This document shows positions 15,355 through 31,171 of a stretch of DNA of 64,000 nt, piece by piece; position 1 is the stretch's first letter, and every line of letters begins with the position of its first letter. The stretch is from the human T2T-CHM13v2.0 reference genome, Homo sapiens, in NCBI RefSeq assembly GCF_009914755.1, contig NC_060933.1; one strand, written 5' to 3'. The translations under genes were made by a program, and so were the position numbers. The notes beneath the pieces were generated by a model that searched no databases, had not been told where the DNA came from, and saw only the letters and a list, made by a program, of their open reading frames with translations.

Positions 15355-15430
15355 ATGGTAGAATAATGGCCTCTCAAAGATGTACACACCTTAATCTTCA
15401 GAGCCTGTTAATATGTTACTTACATGATTC
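15355..15430 (+). mobile_element. MLT1C/D 5' fragment
   Basis: gaataatggcctctcaaagatgt...taatc...cctgttaatatgttacttacatg. Confidence 0.6.
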
Positions 15431-15459
15431 AGGATGTTGCTAAAATAGCAATCAAATTG

Positions 15460-16249
15460 TTCAGTTTTGCCCACTCTGGGGTGAGGACAAATCCCATTTG
15501 GTCACCGTGTATATTTTTCAATATCTTGCTTGATTTGATGTACTACTGTTTCACTGAGTGTTTTTATGGCTCTATTTGAAAGAGATCTTGGTCCACAGTT
15601 TCATTTCCTTGTGCTGTCCTTGCTCAAATTGGTATCTGGGCAACACTGGCCTAATACAATGTGTTGGAAAGTTTTCTCTCCTCTTCCACTTATTTACAAA
15701 GAGTTTATAAAGGACTGGTATTAGTTTTTCATTAAATGTTTGGCAGAATTTATCAATAAAGCCATTTTTTCCTGGGCTTTTCTTTGTGGGAAGCTTTTGA
15801 CTATGAATTGACTCTCTTTAGTGGCTGTATCTATTCAGATGTTCTGTATTTTCTTGCGTTGGTTTTGGTAGTTTGCATCATTTTTTAGAAATTTGTTTAT
15901 TCTAAATAATCTAACGTGTTGGCATACTATTATTTATATTATTACATTTTAATTGTTTTATTTCCATAAGATTGAGAGTGATGTCCCCTCTTCTATTCCT
16001 AATTCTTAGTAATTTGAGTCTTCACTCTTTTTTCCTTGGACAATCTAGATAAAACTTTGTCAATTTTGTTGATCTTTTCAAGTAACCAGTTGTTTGTTTC
16101 ATTGAGTTTTTTCTCTTATCAATTGTATCTTCATTTTAATCTTTATTATTTTTCTCTTTCTACTTGCTTTAATATTAATTTGCTCTTCCTTTCACAGTGC
16201 CTTAGGGTAAAAGGTTAGTTTATTGATTTTACATCTTTCTTTTCTTTTA
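15460..16249 (-). mobile_element. Old L1M (MC/MD-like) ORF2 fragment, host of the next element
   Basis: T-rich antisense ORF2 sequence (ttggcagaattt...ttttcctgggcttttctttgtggg; tcaattttgttgatcttttca). Confidence 0.75.
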
Positions 16250-16270
16250 GGATAAAAGAAACGAAACTAA

Positions 16271-17856
16271 CTACACTGGTTATTCTAGTTAGCAGTTTCT
16301 GTAACCTTTTATCAAGGTCCTTAGCTTCCTTACGCTGGGTTAGAACATGGTCCTTTAACTCAGAGTGGTTCGTTATTACCCACCTTCTGAAGCCTACTTC
16401 TGTCAATTTGTCAAGCTCACTCTTCATCCAGTTTTGTGCCCTTGCTGGAGAGGAGTTGCGATCATCAGGAGGAGAAGAGGCATTCTGGTTTTTGGAATGT
16501 TCAGCATTTTTGTGCTGTTTTCTCCTCATCTTCGTGGATTTATCAACCTTTGATCTTTGATGCTGATGGCTTTTGGATGGGGTTTTTATGTGGGCGTCCT
16601 TTTTGTTGATGTTGATCTTATTGCTTTCTGTTTGTTACTTTTCCTTCTAACAATCAGGCCCCTCTTCTGCAGGTCTGCTGCAGTTTGCTGGAGGTCCACA
16701 TCAGACCGTTTGCCTGGGTATCACCAGCGGAGGGTGCAGAACAGCAAAGATTGCTGCCTGCTCCTTCCTCTGGAAGCTTCATCCCAGAGGGGCGACTGCC
16801 TGATGCCAGCCAGAGCTCTCTTGTATGAGGGGTCCGTCAACCCCTGCTGGGAGGTGTCTCCCAGTCAGGAGGCATGGGGGTCAAGGAACCACTTAGGGAA
16901 GCAGTCTGTCCCTTAGCTGAGCTCAAGCACTATATTGGTAGATCCGCTGCTCTCTTCAGAGCCGGCAGGCAGAAACATTTAAGTCTGCTGAAGCTGCGCC
17001 CACAGCCGCCGCTTCCCTGAGATGCTCCGTCCCATGGAGATGGGAGTTTTATCTATAAGCCCCTGACTGGAGCTGCTGCCTTTCTTTCAGAGATGCCCTG
17101 CCCAGGAAGGGGGAATCTAGAGAGGCAGTCTGGCCACAGTCGCTTTAGCACACTGCGGTGAGTTCCGCCCAGTCCCCACTTGCTGTGGCTTACTTAACAC
17201 CGTGAGGGGAAAACTGCCTACTCAAGCCTCAGTAATGGTGGACGCCCATCCCCCCACTAAGCTCGATCATCCTCAGGTCAACTTCAGACTACTGTGCTGG
17301 CAGCCAGAATTTCAAGCCAGTGAAATTCTTAGCTTGCTTGGTTCTGTGGGAGTGGGAACTGCTGAGTGAGACCACTTGGCTTCCTGGCTTCAGTCTCCTT
17401 TCCATGGGAGCGAACAGTTCTGTCTCGCTGGGGTTCCAGGCACCACTGGGGTACGAAAAAAAAACTTTTGCAGCTAGCTTGGTGTCTGCCCAAAAAGCTG
17501 CCCAGTTTTGTGCTTGAAACCCAGGGTCCTGGTGGTGTAGGCACCTGAGGGAATCTCCTGATCTGCAGGTTGCAAAAACCATGGGAAAAGTGTAGTATCT
17601 GGGCTGGATAGCACAGTCCCTCATGGCTTCCCTTGGGTAGGGGAAGGAGGTTCCCAGCCCCTTGCACTTCCTGGGTGAGGCAACGCCCCATCCTGCTTCT
17701 GCTCGCCCTCCTTGGGCTGCACCCACTGTCTAACTAGTCCCAATGAGATGAACCTGGTACCTCAGTTGGAATGCAGAAATCACCTGCCTTCTGCATTGGT
17801 CTCGCTGGGAGCTGCAGACTGGAGCTGTTCCTACTCAGCCATCTTGCCAGATCCCT
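16271..17856 (-). mobile_element. L1PA (about L1PA7-10) 5'UTR plus first 86 codons of ORF1; 3' part missing
   Basis: Minus strand starts ggatctggcaagatggctgagtaggaacagctcc (YY1 site); ORF 16529-16215 reads MRRKQHKNAEHSKNQNASSPP...LLTRITSV (ORF1p N-terminus) and then leaves L1 sequence. Confidence 0.92.
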
Positions 17857-17859
17857 CTT

Positions 17860-20210
<2,351 letters not shown>

Positions 20211-21081
20211 GAAGTTCTTCTGGCCTAGTATTCTTTTGTGTAAATGTACTACAATTTATAGCATCCTTAAATATTTTTTCCATCTTTAACTGCTTTTCAG
20301 TTTTTTAAAAAGTTATCATAGAGAATACATCACCATTTGTAATCTATTGTGATCACCTCGTGTTAGGAGGCTGTCTCTTCCAAAAGTTCCAGATGGGAAT
20401 TTAGACATAGCATTTTCTACTTTCTTTGTCCCATCCTTAATTGAGGTTTGAACCACAGTGTTGGCAGGTGGCAGACATGGAGGTAAACAGAGAACAGAGA
20501 TCCAAGCCAATCTCTTAATTTCTGGCCCTGTTTCACAATCTTCTCCAAACTCATTTCTACAGTCCAGCAAATGTTTCTCCTGCCTGGCTCTATGGTGGGA
20601 AAACAACCCTCATATTATCACCCTGTAACCCCCATAATCTCCTTGGTCATTGTTGTTTTTAATACTATACGTTAGGACTATAAGCTCTGGATATTAGAAT
20701 CCATAATGAATTTATCAAAATCACACATTTACAAATAGCAAAAGTTTTTGCCTTTAGTAAATTATCTTTTTAGTAAGTTTTCAACAATTAGATTGAAAAA
20801 TGTGGCTATTTATTCCCAGCTAGGATGAGACCTAGAAATCTATTACTACTGCCCAGCTGTTGGGAGTAGGGAGGCAATGAACATAAGGAAACTTGGACAA
20901 AGGAATGTCAGTTAACATCTCAAAATATTATCCTGTCATTACCTTAAAATTATTCAGTAAATCACATGGTCTTTTTATCTGGAAGACAGAGATCATAGGA
21001 CGGTAAGGTGGGCTGAGGGTAGCTGCTAGCAAAAGTCCAGCTGGCTCCTTTTACTCTGTAAAATCACAATATAATTTATTA

Positions 21082-21291
<210 letters not shown>

Positions 21292-21996
21292 TTACTTTCA
21301 TCGGTTTTCTTTTAAAACAGTGACTTGTGGGACCTGTATTTCCTTAGCTCTTTTCAGGGTTTCCATTCCTGTATGAAAGAGTCCAAAGCTCCCTAAATGT
21401 CTTTGACATGCCATGTTTATCTTTGTGCATTTACAGAATGTTGTGGTTTGACAGTCTGCACAGGCTTTGGGTGAGCATTGCCATTCTTTGCTTTCTATGT
21501 GAGCTCCAGTTGATTGCTTCATGCCACATTTTGGATTATGTCTGAAAACTAGCACCACCAGAGCAAAAAGGGCAACTTTTCACTGTAAAAGAAGCTAAGA
21601 ACTCATTATAAATTGTTTTTGTTAGAAAGCAAAAGAGTGTTTTCTAAAAACATGTAATAAATTAAATGAGAAAGCTTCTAAAACTTTTAATCATACCTTC
21701 CCCAGATCAGGGCATTTATTAGCTTTAAGCCAGGAGGAAAGTGAAGTTCATCAGATCTACTGTGCCAGGATAATATTTTTATGTCTATATTGATTAGTTT
21801 ATCCTGAAATTTCCAACTTTGTTTTAAATGCAATCAACCTTTTCCTGGTCAGTCAATATCAAGGAAGGGATTTAAAAACAGAAACTGGTGCTGGGGTTTG
21901 TCTCTTGCTGACTTTTGATTTTCCAAAAACCTGAATCCTTATTGAAATAGGAAGGACTTAAGGTATAAACAAAATGTTTTGGTGAATACTTTAGCA

Positions 21997-22336
21997 CAGG
22001 AGTCCCCCAACCCTCGGGCTGTGTACCAGTACTGGTCTGTGGCCTGTTAGAAACCAGGCCACAGAGCGGGAGGTAAGTGGTGAGGGAGTATTACCACCTG
22101 AGCTTCACCTCCTATCGGATCAGTGGCAGCATTAGATTCTCATAGGAGTGCTAACCCTATTGTGAACTACACATGTGAGGGATTTAGGTTGCATGCTCCT
22201 TAAGAGAATATAACTAATGCCTGATGATCTGAGATGAAATGGTTTCATCCCGAAACCATCCCTGCCACCCCCTGTTTGTGAGAAGACTGTCCTCCATGAA
22301 ACCAGTCCCTGGTGCCAAAAAGGTTGGAGATCACTG
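21997..22336 (+). mobile_element. MER1B (hAT-Charlie MITE), complete
   Basis: TIRs caggagtcccccaacc / aggttggagatcactg; perfect 8-bp TSD ctttagca at 21989-21996 and 22337-22344; 340 bp. Confidence 0.93.
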
Positions 22337-22779
22337 CTTTAGCAAGAAAAAAACTTTGTTGTTTCTCACTTTAAGTAAAATAGAAGTACAGAAAACATCA
22401 GCAGTAGTTTGTCATCCTCATGGACTGATTCTTGCAGCATATTTTCAAATAGGTTTGTGGGATCTTACAGAAAAATTTGTGCTCCAGTGGCTGGGTAGAT
22501 GCAAGAGATATAGCAAATCCCAAGAATAAAAGTGCTCTGGGTTTCATGTACGCCTTCCACTGCCCCACAGAATTTCCCATATCCCAACAGTATATTATAG
22601 GAGGAACCAAGTAATCTCCGTGTGCCCAAAGAAGCAAGTCAAAGGTGTGTGCAAAGGAAGATTGCTGCTAGACCTGAATGGGGCACGTATATGAGATTGG
22701 TAACCTGTGTGGACCAATGACTGAGACCCAAACAGGACTATGAATGTCTCAACCAATTATTGGTGTGGTGAGAAGACAC

Positions 22780-23030
22780 AAAGGTCCGATGCCTATGGCT
22801 TTGCACATATGCCTCATTGTCCAATACAGCTCAAAGGTGAGCAATCACACTGCGTTCCTACCAGTAGGAAAAAGGCATACCTTTTCTGTTCACTTCCACA
22901 TAGAGCATATTCATAAGTCTCATTGGCCAAAACAGCCCCAAAGTCACAGCTGGCTGAGAAAGAGGCTACAGAATGCAGTGGTTAGCTGGGTGACAATGTA
23001 TCAGCTCATTATAAATTAGAGTTCTTATTA
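22780..23030 (-). mobile_element. MLT1 (J/K-like) fragment
   Basis: tctcattggccaaaac...gaggctacagaatgcagt...tagctggg is the reverse complement of the MLT1 core. Confidence 0.55.
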
Positions 23031-23180
23031 AGAAGTTCTCTTTCTACATAGCTGTCTCCTCTCCAATATTTTTTCCTTGAAACTCTGCTGGAGCAAATGA
23101 AGGGCTCACTTTGATCCTTTCCCATCCTGAAGAATCAGGTTCCTTCATTGTTTCATATCCACTGTTTGAAAAACCTTTTA

Positions 23181-23395
23181 TCTCTCTCTCCTTCCTCTCC
23201 CTCGCTTCCCTCCCTGTCTCCCTTCCTTCCTTCCCCTCCTTCCCCTCCCTCTCCTCTGCCTCTGCCCTCCCCCTCCTCCCTCCCTCCTCTCCTTTCCCCT
23301 CCCTCCCTCCCTTACTTCCTTCCCTTCTCCTCCCTTCCCTGCTTCGCTCCCCTCCCCTCCCCTTCCCTTCCCTTCCTTCTTTCCTTCCTTCCTTT
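23181..23395. repeat. CT-rich polypyrimidine low-complexity tract (CCCT/CCTT/CCTTC)
   Basis: About 215 bp almost entirely C and T on the plus strand. Confidence 0.95.
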
Positions 23396-23506
23396 GTGTT
23401 TCAGGTAGGAAGGATTAATCAGGTCTCTGTTGTTTTCGCTGAGAGTAGATCACAGTTTTCCCTTTATTTATTATTGTACTAATATCTCTCATTGGCCCAT
23501 GCTTTA

Positions 23507-23586
23507 CAAACTATTTTGGTACTTTTCACAATTTGCCAGATTGTAGCAAAGTATTTTAGTGTTCTTCACAATTTGCCAGAATGTAA
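23507..23586. repeat. Diverged 40-bp tandem duplication
   Basis: 23507-23546 vs 23547-23586, 33/40 identical, shared core ttcacaatttgccaga. Confidence 0.85.
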
Positions 23587-23909
23587 GTGCAGTTGACACA
23601 TATGTGTTACTTCCTGCAAAATATAAAAGTGGTTGTGAATAGTCCCATCTCTGAGTGTGCCTCCCTGCCCGGGGAATTTCAGCCTAGGGAAGATGGGGAT
23701 TCATTGAAGACGAGAATGTGCATGGTATGCAAGGGCGTGAACCCAGGAAAACCTTAAGCAGTATCCCAAGCAAGACTGTATTGGAGAAATGACCAAAGGC
23801 CAAGGTGCATAATGAGTAGATTATATTGAAAAACACTTCTGTGGAGTTTTGTCTGATCTAAATTCTAAAAAAGTTGGTATAATCTTTCGCAATTTATCTG
23901 TTATAATAA

Positions 23910-24090
23910 AAAAGGTACTAGATTTAGGGCATTGGCAGTCAGATTGCCTAGGTGTGGTCTGAGTTGTGGCAGAAAATATTTTCAAGGTAAGTAATCAAGC
24001 TCTGTAAGCCTCAGTTTCCTCTTCTCCCGTGTGTGAGGGAATAAACTACTTGGTCTTCCTAGACGCATTTTTTATGTTTTGTGAAATGTT
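23910..24090 (+). mobile_element. MIR
   Basis: ggcagtcagattgcctaggt...ctctgtaagcctcagtttcctc. Confidence 0.6.
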
Positions 24091-26329
24091 TTCTGAAGGT
24101 AGGTCAACAAAATTAAAGTTTCTACAGATGTTAGAGGGCCACTTTGTCTCTGAGCTTTCCTTCCCCCAATCCTTGCAATCCTGTTTTCATTGAATTTTCC
24201 ACATATAACTTCTTTTGTAACCTCCAGAGTATGTGCACTCATGAAAATTAAAAGAATTACATTTTAATGAGTATTTAGTTTTTTTACACTTTCTGCCCTC
24301 CTACAACTCACATTTCTTCTTAATACCAAAAACAAAACAAAAACAAACAAAAAGAAGTGACACATGATAGAATTAGTGCCTGAAATTGAAATATAAAAGA
24401 TTTTAGGATACAAATTGAGTTGACTATAATGACTGGATAGTTTTGTTGACACATTATTCTTTATACGATTTTTTTTAGAGGGAGATGTTTTTAAATTTTC
24501 AATCTAAAGGGTGCACAACAGTTCTGTAGATATGAATTCTATTACTGCCATATTGTTTCTAATACATTTTACAGAAGCAAAATGTCTTTGTACCACTAAA
24601 CAACATCTACTTGCAAGTGAAGAGGGAACATAAACCTCATAAAACTTCAATAAAATATTTATTTGTTTTCGGCGATAGGATTAATTTTATCATTGTAGAT
24701 TTATGATCCCAGAAATTTGTTGCTAGATATTTAATATATCAAAATAGCAGAACAAGGAGCTTATTTGAAGAAATGTGTTGTGAAACTTATGATTTACCAA
24801 AGAGAACAGATTTCTTTTCTTTTTCCATAGGACTTAATAAAACAGCAGCAAAATTGAATTAGCTTGGCATAAAGTTTAATTGCCTGAAAAAAAATTGAAA
24901 CTGCTCTGGCATTGCTGTTTATGTACAACATATATTGAACTTGTGGATCATCCTCCCCTAGAACCCCAGACTATCTAGGGAAGCTAATGATGGCAACAGA
25001 GTTGTCATGTTAGTGTCTGGGAATCTTCTTTTTGATTGCTGCTTCCTACCATAAAGGAGGAAAGTTCACTGTAATGACCTTTCCAAAAGGGAAAACAGGC
25101 TTTATAGCTTTCTGCTTCCCCTAACGCAATTCCTTTGTTGAAAGCCTGTCTCTCCAGGAATTCCACAGCTCTTCAGTGCTATAGCACCTGAGATAGTGCA
25201 CCTTAGTGACATTCAGTTCATGCATCTGGGAGCTTTTTTTTTTTTTTATGATGGAAATAGCCGGATGGAAGAAAGTCATAAAGGAACATAGTAAATCTAC
25301 AACCTTCAAGTATTCTGTTTTGAATTGTGGCTATAGCTATGAATTACTCTTTCTGCTCATTTTCTTTTTCTTTTCTTTTGAGCTCTAATAAGAAGAAGGT
25401 ACACACTTAGGGAAACAACATAGTCTCTTGAGATTGTAATGTGGGAGCTAGACATCTTCATGTTCAGAAAGGTTAGGGGAATATGGACTGGCAGAGACAG
25501 AACAACTTCAGTCCCCATAATTCAGCTAGAACAAAATTTGAAAATAGAGTCACTAAACCGATGATGTGTCCACAGAGTTTACAACCAGCAACCACCTTCA
25601 TTCTTATCATAAAGCTTGTAACAGCTAACATTCTTAGGGATTGCTGTGTGCATTTTCAATCAGAAGAACGGTCCCCAGAGGGTGGCTGAGTCTGGATCAT
25701 TGTCATAGACAGTAATTGAGTAAGTGAAAAGATGTACTACAAAGGGGAAGAGGCTAACAGTTTTTTGGTTTGACTTGAAAGAGAAAAAAACTAAATTTAT
25801 TTTTTCTCATCCATGCTTGTGCCTCCTAGGGTCTTGATAATTTATGTTTTTGAAGTATATCATCAAGAAAATCACTTGCTTTTCTTTACCATCTGATTTG
25901 CTCTTGTCCTATTGCATGCTCTTAGTAGTAGGACATATGTAAATTACTGGATTCTATGGAGAGCAGCATTTTCAAGCTTCTAGACCAAGTCATATTCATT
26001 GCTCTTGTTTATTAATTATCTATCCAGAGAAGATGCTAAGGATAATTCAAAGGATAAGACTAAAAACTGGCATTAGGCTTCTGCCTGTAAGTCTTGCTGA
26101 GACTGATTAATCAAAATCCAATGATAAGAATTTTATGTAAAAAATTCCACTCAGGAGTTTAGAATAAGCACATAAACCATTATGAGTTTATTACAGACTA
26201 ATAGACTATTGATTAACTTCAACACAATATGGTTACATGAGTGCTAGTGTTTAACTCACTCTTAGATCCTTATGAAAATGGACAAATAATCACTTACTAA
26301 AAGAAAAAATTATAAAACACCATATAAAA

Positions 26330-27470
26330 ACAAAATCACATTATACACCATTGAAAAAATATTCACAAAGGTTAAGACCAAAGGCTAGGCAACATTCATT
26401 TAAATAAAAAGGAAGTATGGGTGGCAACATTAATGACAGGTAAAATAGATGCAATGTTAAGCAAATTAAATTCATCAACAATACTGTATTTATTGTCGAT
26501 GAAGGGCTGGATATTCAAAGAAAATATAAAAACCCGAATTCCTTACATGAAATGCTAACATCAAAATACGTGAAACAATTAACGTATATAGTTGATAGAA
26601 TCCAGAAGTTGAAAAAACCACACCAATGGAAGATGAATACATTTTTTATAGTCCTGGAAAGATTAGGAACACAACGAATACATTCATAAATAAACCAGTA
26701 TCCTGCAGAGATTTAGCATTTATTTCCCAACACTCATAGAACTCTTGGAACAATGGGAGCTCCAATACCTTGAAAAATGCAACCATTGTAGAGAATATAT
26801 TCTCTCAACATAATGCAATATAAGAGGAAAATAATAATGAAATGCATAACTCTCTGTAACTTAACCATAGCCAAACTTTTGCAGAATCATGCTATGACTT
26901 TCCTTTCTATTTTTATACCAATATTTTATTTCATAGTCTTTCAACTTCTTATTCTAAAGCTGTTCTCTGTGGTTATCACACTGCACACTAACATCATTCT
27001 TTACTTTTCTAATTGTGGTTATTAATCCCTATACTGTGATTCTTTCTGGCCATGATGCATTCAAATAGTAACAGCCGTGGCAGCACAGGACAATGGATCA
27101 TACTCCTGAGCCTGTCACTCCTGCACTGAATGGCATGTCATTGCCAGTACCAAAATGCCACTTAATTGTGTTCTTTTAATTATTTTTATTTATGTCTCTA
27201 ATTTCAAAGCCTTTCTTTATTTTCCAACATTTAAAAGTGCACCTAACAACTTCCCTAAATACTTTTTAGACCAAGAAGAACATAAATGTAAATGATATAA
27301 TATGTAGAAAAATGTCAGTAGTAAGAACACTGAATGTCGAAATTTATGAGACTTCCAAAGTTGGACTCAGAGGAAAGCAAATGTCTCTATATACTATAAA
27401 TGTTAAAAAAAAAAAAAGTGAAAATTAAAATTTCAAATTGTATTCAATAATTTGTTTAAAAAGTACCTAG
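26330..27470 (+). mobile_element. Fragmented ancient L1ME-like ORF2 (endonuclease region)
   Basis: A-rich degraded ORF2 blocks (acattaatgacaggtaaaatagat; atattctctcaacataatgcaat; tcagaggaaagcaaatg). Interrupted and approximate. Confidence 0.45.
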
Positions 27471-27598
27471 AATAAAGCAGGAGCTGATAAACTGTACTCT
27501 AGGGGCCAAATTCAGCCCACTATCTATTTTGGTAAATAGGATTTTATTGAAACATAGCCATACCTATTCTTTTATAAATCATCTATGGCTCAGGGCAG

Positions 27599-28247
<649 letters not shown>

Positions 28248-29057
28248 GCGTAGTTGTGACAAAGGCCACTTGTCTCGTGAAGCCATACAGCCTTTCACTA
28301 TATACAGCCCTTTACAGAAAAGGTTTGCTGGCACTTAATCTAAGGTATGCAGAGAAAAGGGTGGTTAGAAACAAAGCTATAAACTAATCATTTGGAAAAC
28401 AGAAAAGAAAATTGATGACAGATATGTTAATTTTTCTTGTAGCACACAGAAAACTGTGCAGTGTTGTAACTTTTATTTTGATGGTGTTATACTAAAATAT
28501 TAAGCACATAATGAAAACATACAGATAAATTTCTCACATACAAATGAAAAATTGTAAATACATATTAGCAAATCTAATTTAGCAGTATATTTAACTATTA
28601 ATAACCTGCAGCCAAGTTAAGATTTCATCCAGGGATACATGAATTATTTACTATAAGCAAATATGTTAATATACCTAGCTGCATCTAGTAGGTCAAAGCA
28701 AAAAAAAAAAACTATATATTAATCTTAATAAATACAGAAAATTAGTTGGACCTTTTTATGAGAGGAAAAAGCATTATCCCTGATATGAGAAGGTATGTTT
28801 TTGGGATAACATCAACACTGGAGTTAGTGTCAAAGTTGAAAACATCAGAGACATTCCCATGAAAGACATAAAATAATATAAGAATATATGGTATTTTTAT
28901 GAATATTGAAGGGGGAAAAATCTTCTAACAGTTCTAGCCAGTGGAATAGGTCATGAGATTTCTTTCAAAAAAAAGGTATACAATTATTGTCAGAATATTT
29001 CTGAAAGCAAACAAAATCAGAAAATTGGTGATGAATTACTATCACTTCATCTTTTTT

Positions 29058-29357
29058 TTTTTCTTCTTTTTTTTTTGACGGAGTCTTGCTCTGTTGCCAG
29101 GCTGGAGTGCAATGGCACGATCGTCTCACTGCAACCTCCACCTCCCGGGCTCCAGCAATTCTCCTGCCTCAGCCTCCCAAGCAGCTAGGATTACAGGCGC
29201 CCACTACTACACCCCGCTAAATTTTTTTTTTGTATTTTTAGTAGAGATGGGGTTTCACCATGTTGGGCAGGCTGGTCTCGAACTCCTGACCTCGTGATCC
29301 ACCCACCTTGGACTCCCAAAGTGCTGGGACTACAGGCATGAGCCACTGGGCCCAGCC
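29058..29357 (-). mobile_element. AluSg/Sc-like
   Basis: Antisense dimer; 15-bp TSD cacttcatctttttt at 29043-29057 and 29358-29372. Confidence 0.95.
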
Positions 29358-29366
29358 CACTTCATC

Positions 29367-29786
29367 TTTTTTAACCTTTTAGTTCAGGGGTACATGGGCA
29401 GGTTTGTTGTAGAAGTAAACTTGTGTCATGTGGGTTTGTTGGACAGATTATTTTGGCACCCAGGTATTAAGCCTAGTGCCTATTAGTTATTTTTTGTGTT
29501 CCTCTCCCTCCTTCCACCCTTCACACTCAAGTAGACCCCAGTGTGTTGTTCCTCTCTATGTGTCCATGTGTTCTCATCTTTTAGCTCCCACTTATAAGTG
29601 AAAACATGCAATATTTGGTTTTCTGTTCCTGCATTAGTTTGCTAAAGATAATAGTTTCCAGCTCCATCCATATTCCTAGATCAAAAGACATGATCTAGTT
29701 CTTTTTAATGGCTCCATAGTATTCCATGGTGTATATGTACCACATTTTATTTATCCAATCTGTCATTGATGGGCATTTAGGTTGAA
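29367..29786 (-). mobile_element. L1PA13-16-like 3' end (~420 bp)
   Basis: ttcaggggtacat...cacccaggtattaagcctagt...gctcccacttataagtga...tgatgggcatttaggttga. Confidence 0.88.
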
Positions 29787-29789
29787 TTT

Positions 29790-30320
29790 GTTTCTATATT
29801 TTAAGGCCCACATTGTCCCACATTTGGACAGTAGAAGCCCCTTCAATCTGGATTCTGTGTTCTTTGATGTGTTCTTATCATTCTTTGTGTACCTCTTTAC
29901 TTTCCAACACAATATGGGTTTATCTTGTACTTTACTTGCCTAGGCCATGGAATCAGCTTTTTCTCTAAGGTATTCTGGCTCCTTTTAGTAGAATCAAGGC
30001 CTGGCTGCTAGGTCTACTCATTACTGTTGCATTATTGTTGTTCTCAGTGTCTTTCTCTCAGCGGAAAGAGCTATAGAGATTTTTATGTGAACATTCACAC
30101 ACATCATCTACATCTCTGTCTATCTATCTATCTATCTATCTGAAAACTATGAGTTCATACGGATGCCTCAAGCCAACCCATTACTGCAGAATTCATACTA
30201 GCTCCTCCCTTTTTGTATTTGTAACTCTCTTTTCCAATAATGCCATAACTGACCCCCATTATCCTTAATTTACTAATGTGATTTATCCCCCTTTACGTAG
30301 CCAGTCTCCCACTGCTGCTA
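29790..30320 (-). mobile_element. L1MC4/5-like 3' fragment containing a short (TATC)n at about 30119-30141
   Basis: agccccttcaatctgg...ggaatcagcttttt...ctggctccttttagtag...tgctaggt blocks. Confidence 0.6.
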
Positions 30321-30873
30321 TCATCTCTTTCTCTGCATATCCCTCTTCACCCACCAGGGTTCTAACACTCTGGCCTTGGCTTCCACCCTCTCACCTCACC
30401 TGTGCGCTGACACCGGCATGAGGATATTCCACCATGAGAAAGTCTTTACTTGACCTGGGCTCCAACACTTCATGACAGGCAGCTTACCTACACAGCCACT
30501 TGCCTTACCCCACTAGCTTTCTGCCAGCCCATACCAGGCTGTCTTTCGGCAGAGATGGGCTCCTTGTCCTGCTAAGGTTTTGCCACTCTACACTGGAAAG
30601 CCCATCTACACATGTATCCTCCTTGAGCCCCTGGGGCTTCTGTCTCATACCCTGACTCCATACACAACAGATGCCTTCCTTTCTTGACCCTATTAATGTC
30701 TTTAGAACTGAATTGTTCAGGAAGGCAAGAGGTAGAGAAAGAGGAAAATGACACCACGTTTATTGAAAAAGGAGAGAAATAAATGAAAATGGAACAATCA
30801 AATTTTCACATATGTACAGAAACACATTCCAATGATTTTAAGGGCTCAAGTTTAAAGAAAAGTCACAGTATAA

Positions 30874-31171
30874 TTTTTTTTTTTTTTTTGAGATGGAGCC
30901 TCACCCTGTTGCCTGGTCTGGAGTGCAGTGGCGTGATCTCGGCTCACTGCAACCTCTGCCCCCAAAGTTCAAGCAATTCTCCTGCCTCAGCCTCCTGACT
31001 AGCTGGTATTACAGGCACTCGCCACTATGCCCAGCTAATTTTTGTGTTTTTAGTGGAAACAGGGTTGCACCATGTTGGCCGGGCTGGTCTCCATCTCCTG
31101 ACCTCAAGTGATCCATCCACCTTGGTCTCCCAAAATGCTGGAATTACAGGCGTGAGCCACTGCACCTGGCC
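30874..31171 (-). mobile_element. AluS (Sx/Sz-like)
   Basis: Poly-T, antisense dimer ending cctggcc; degenerate TSD acag..aattttttt. Confidence 0.95.

Noticed and set aside
11286-17856. Plus-strand L1 3' half and minus-strand L1 5' half as one element split by an inversion
   Set aside because: No shared TSD (gatctctgtg after the tail vs gaagatgaaaaga before the 5' end), and the old host L1 keeps the same orientation on both sides of the 5' piece.
20316-20606. 96-aa minus-strand ORF as an exon
   Set aside because: No recognisable domain, and the sequence resembles degraded L2 pieces.
23111-23482. Pro/Ser/Leu-rich 123-aa ORF
   Set aside because: Artefact of the CT tract, which cannot contain stop codons.
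24810-24842. Splice acceptor followed by AATAAA as a terminal exon
   Set aside because: Such motifs are frequent by chance in AT-rich DNA; no supporting upstream exon.
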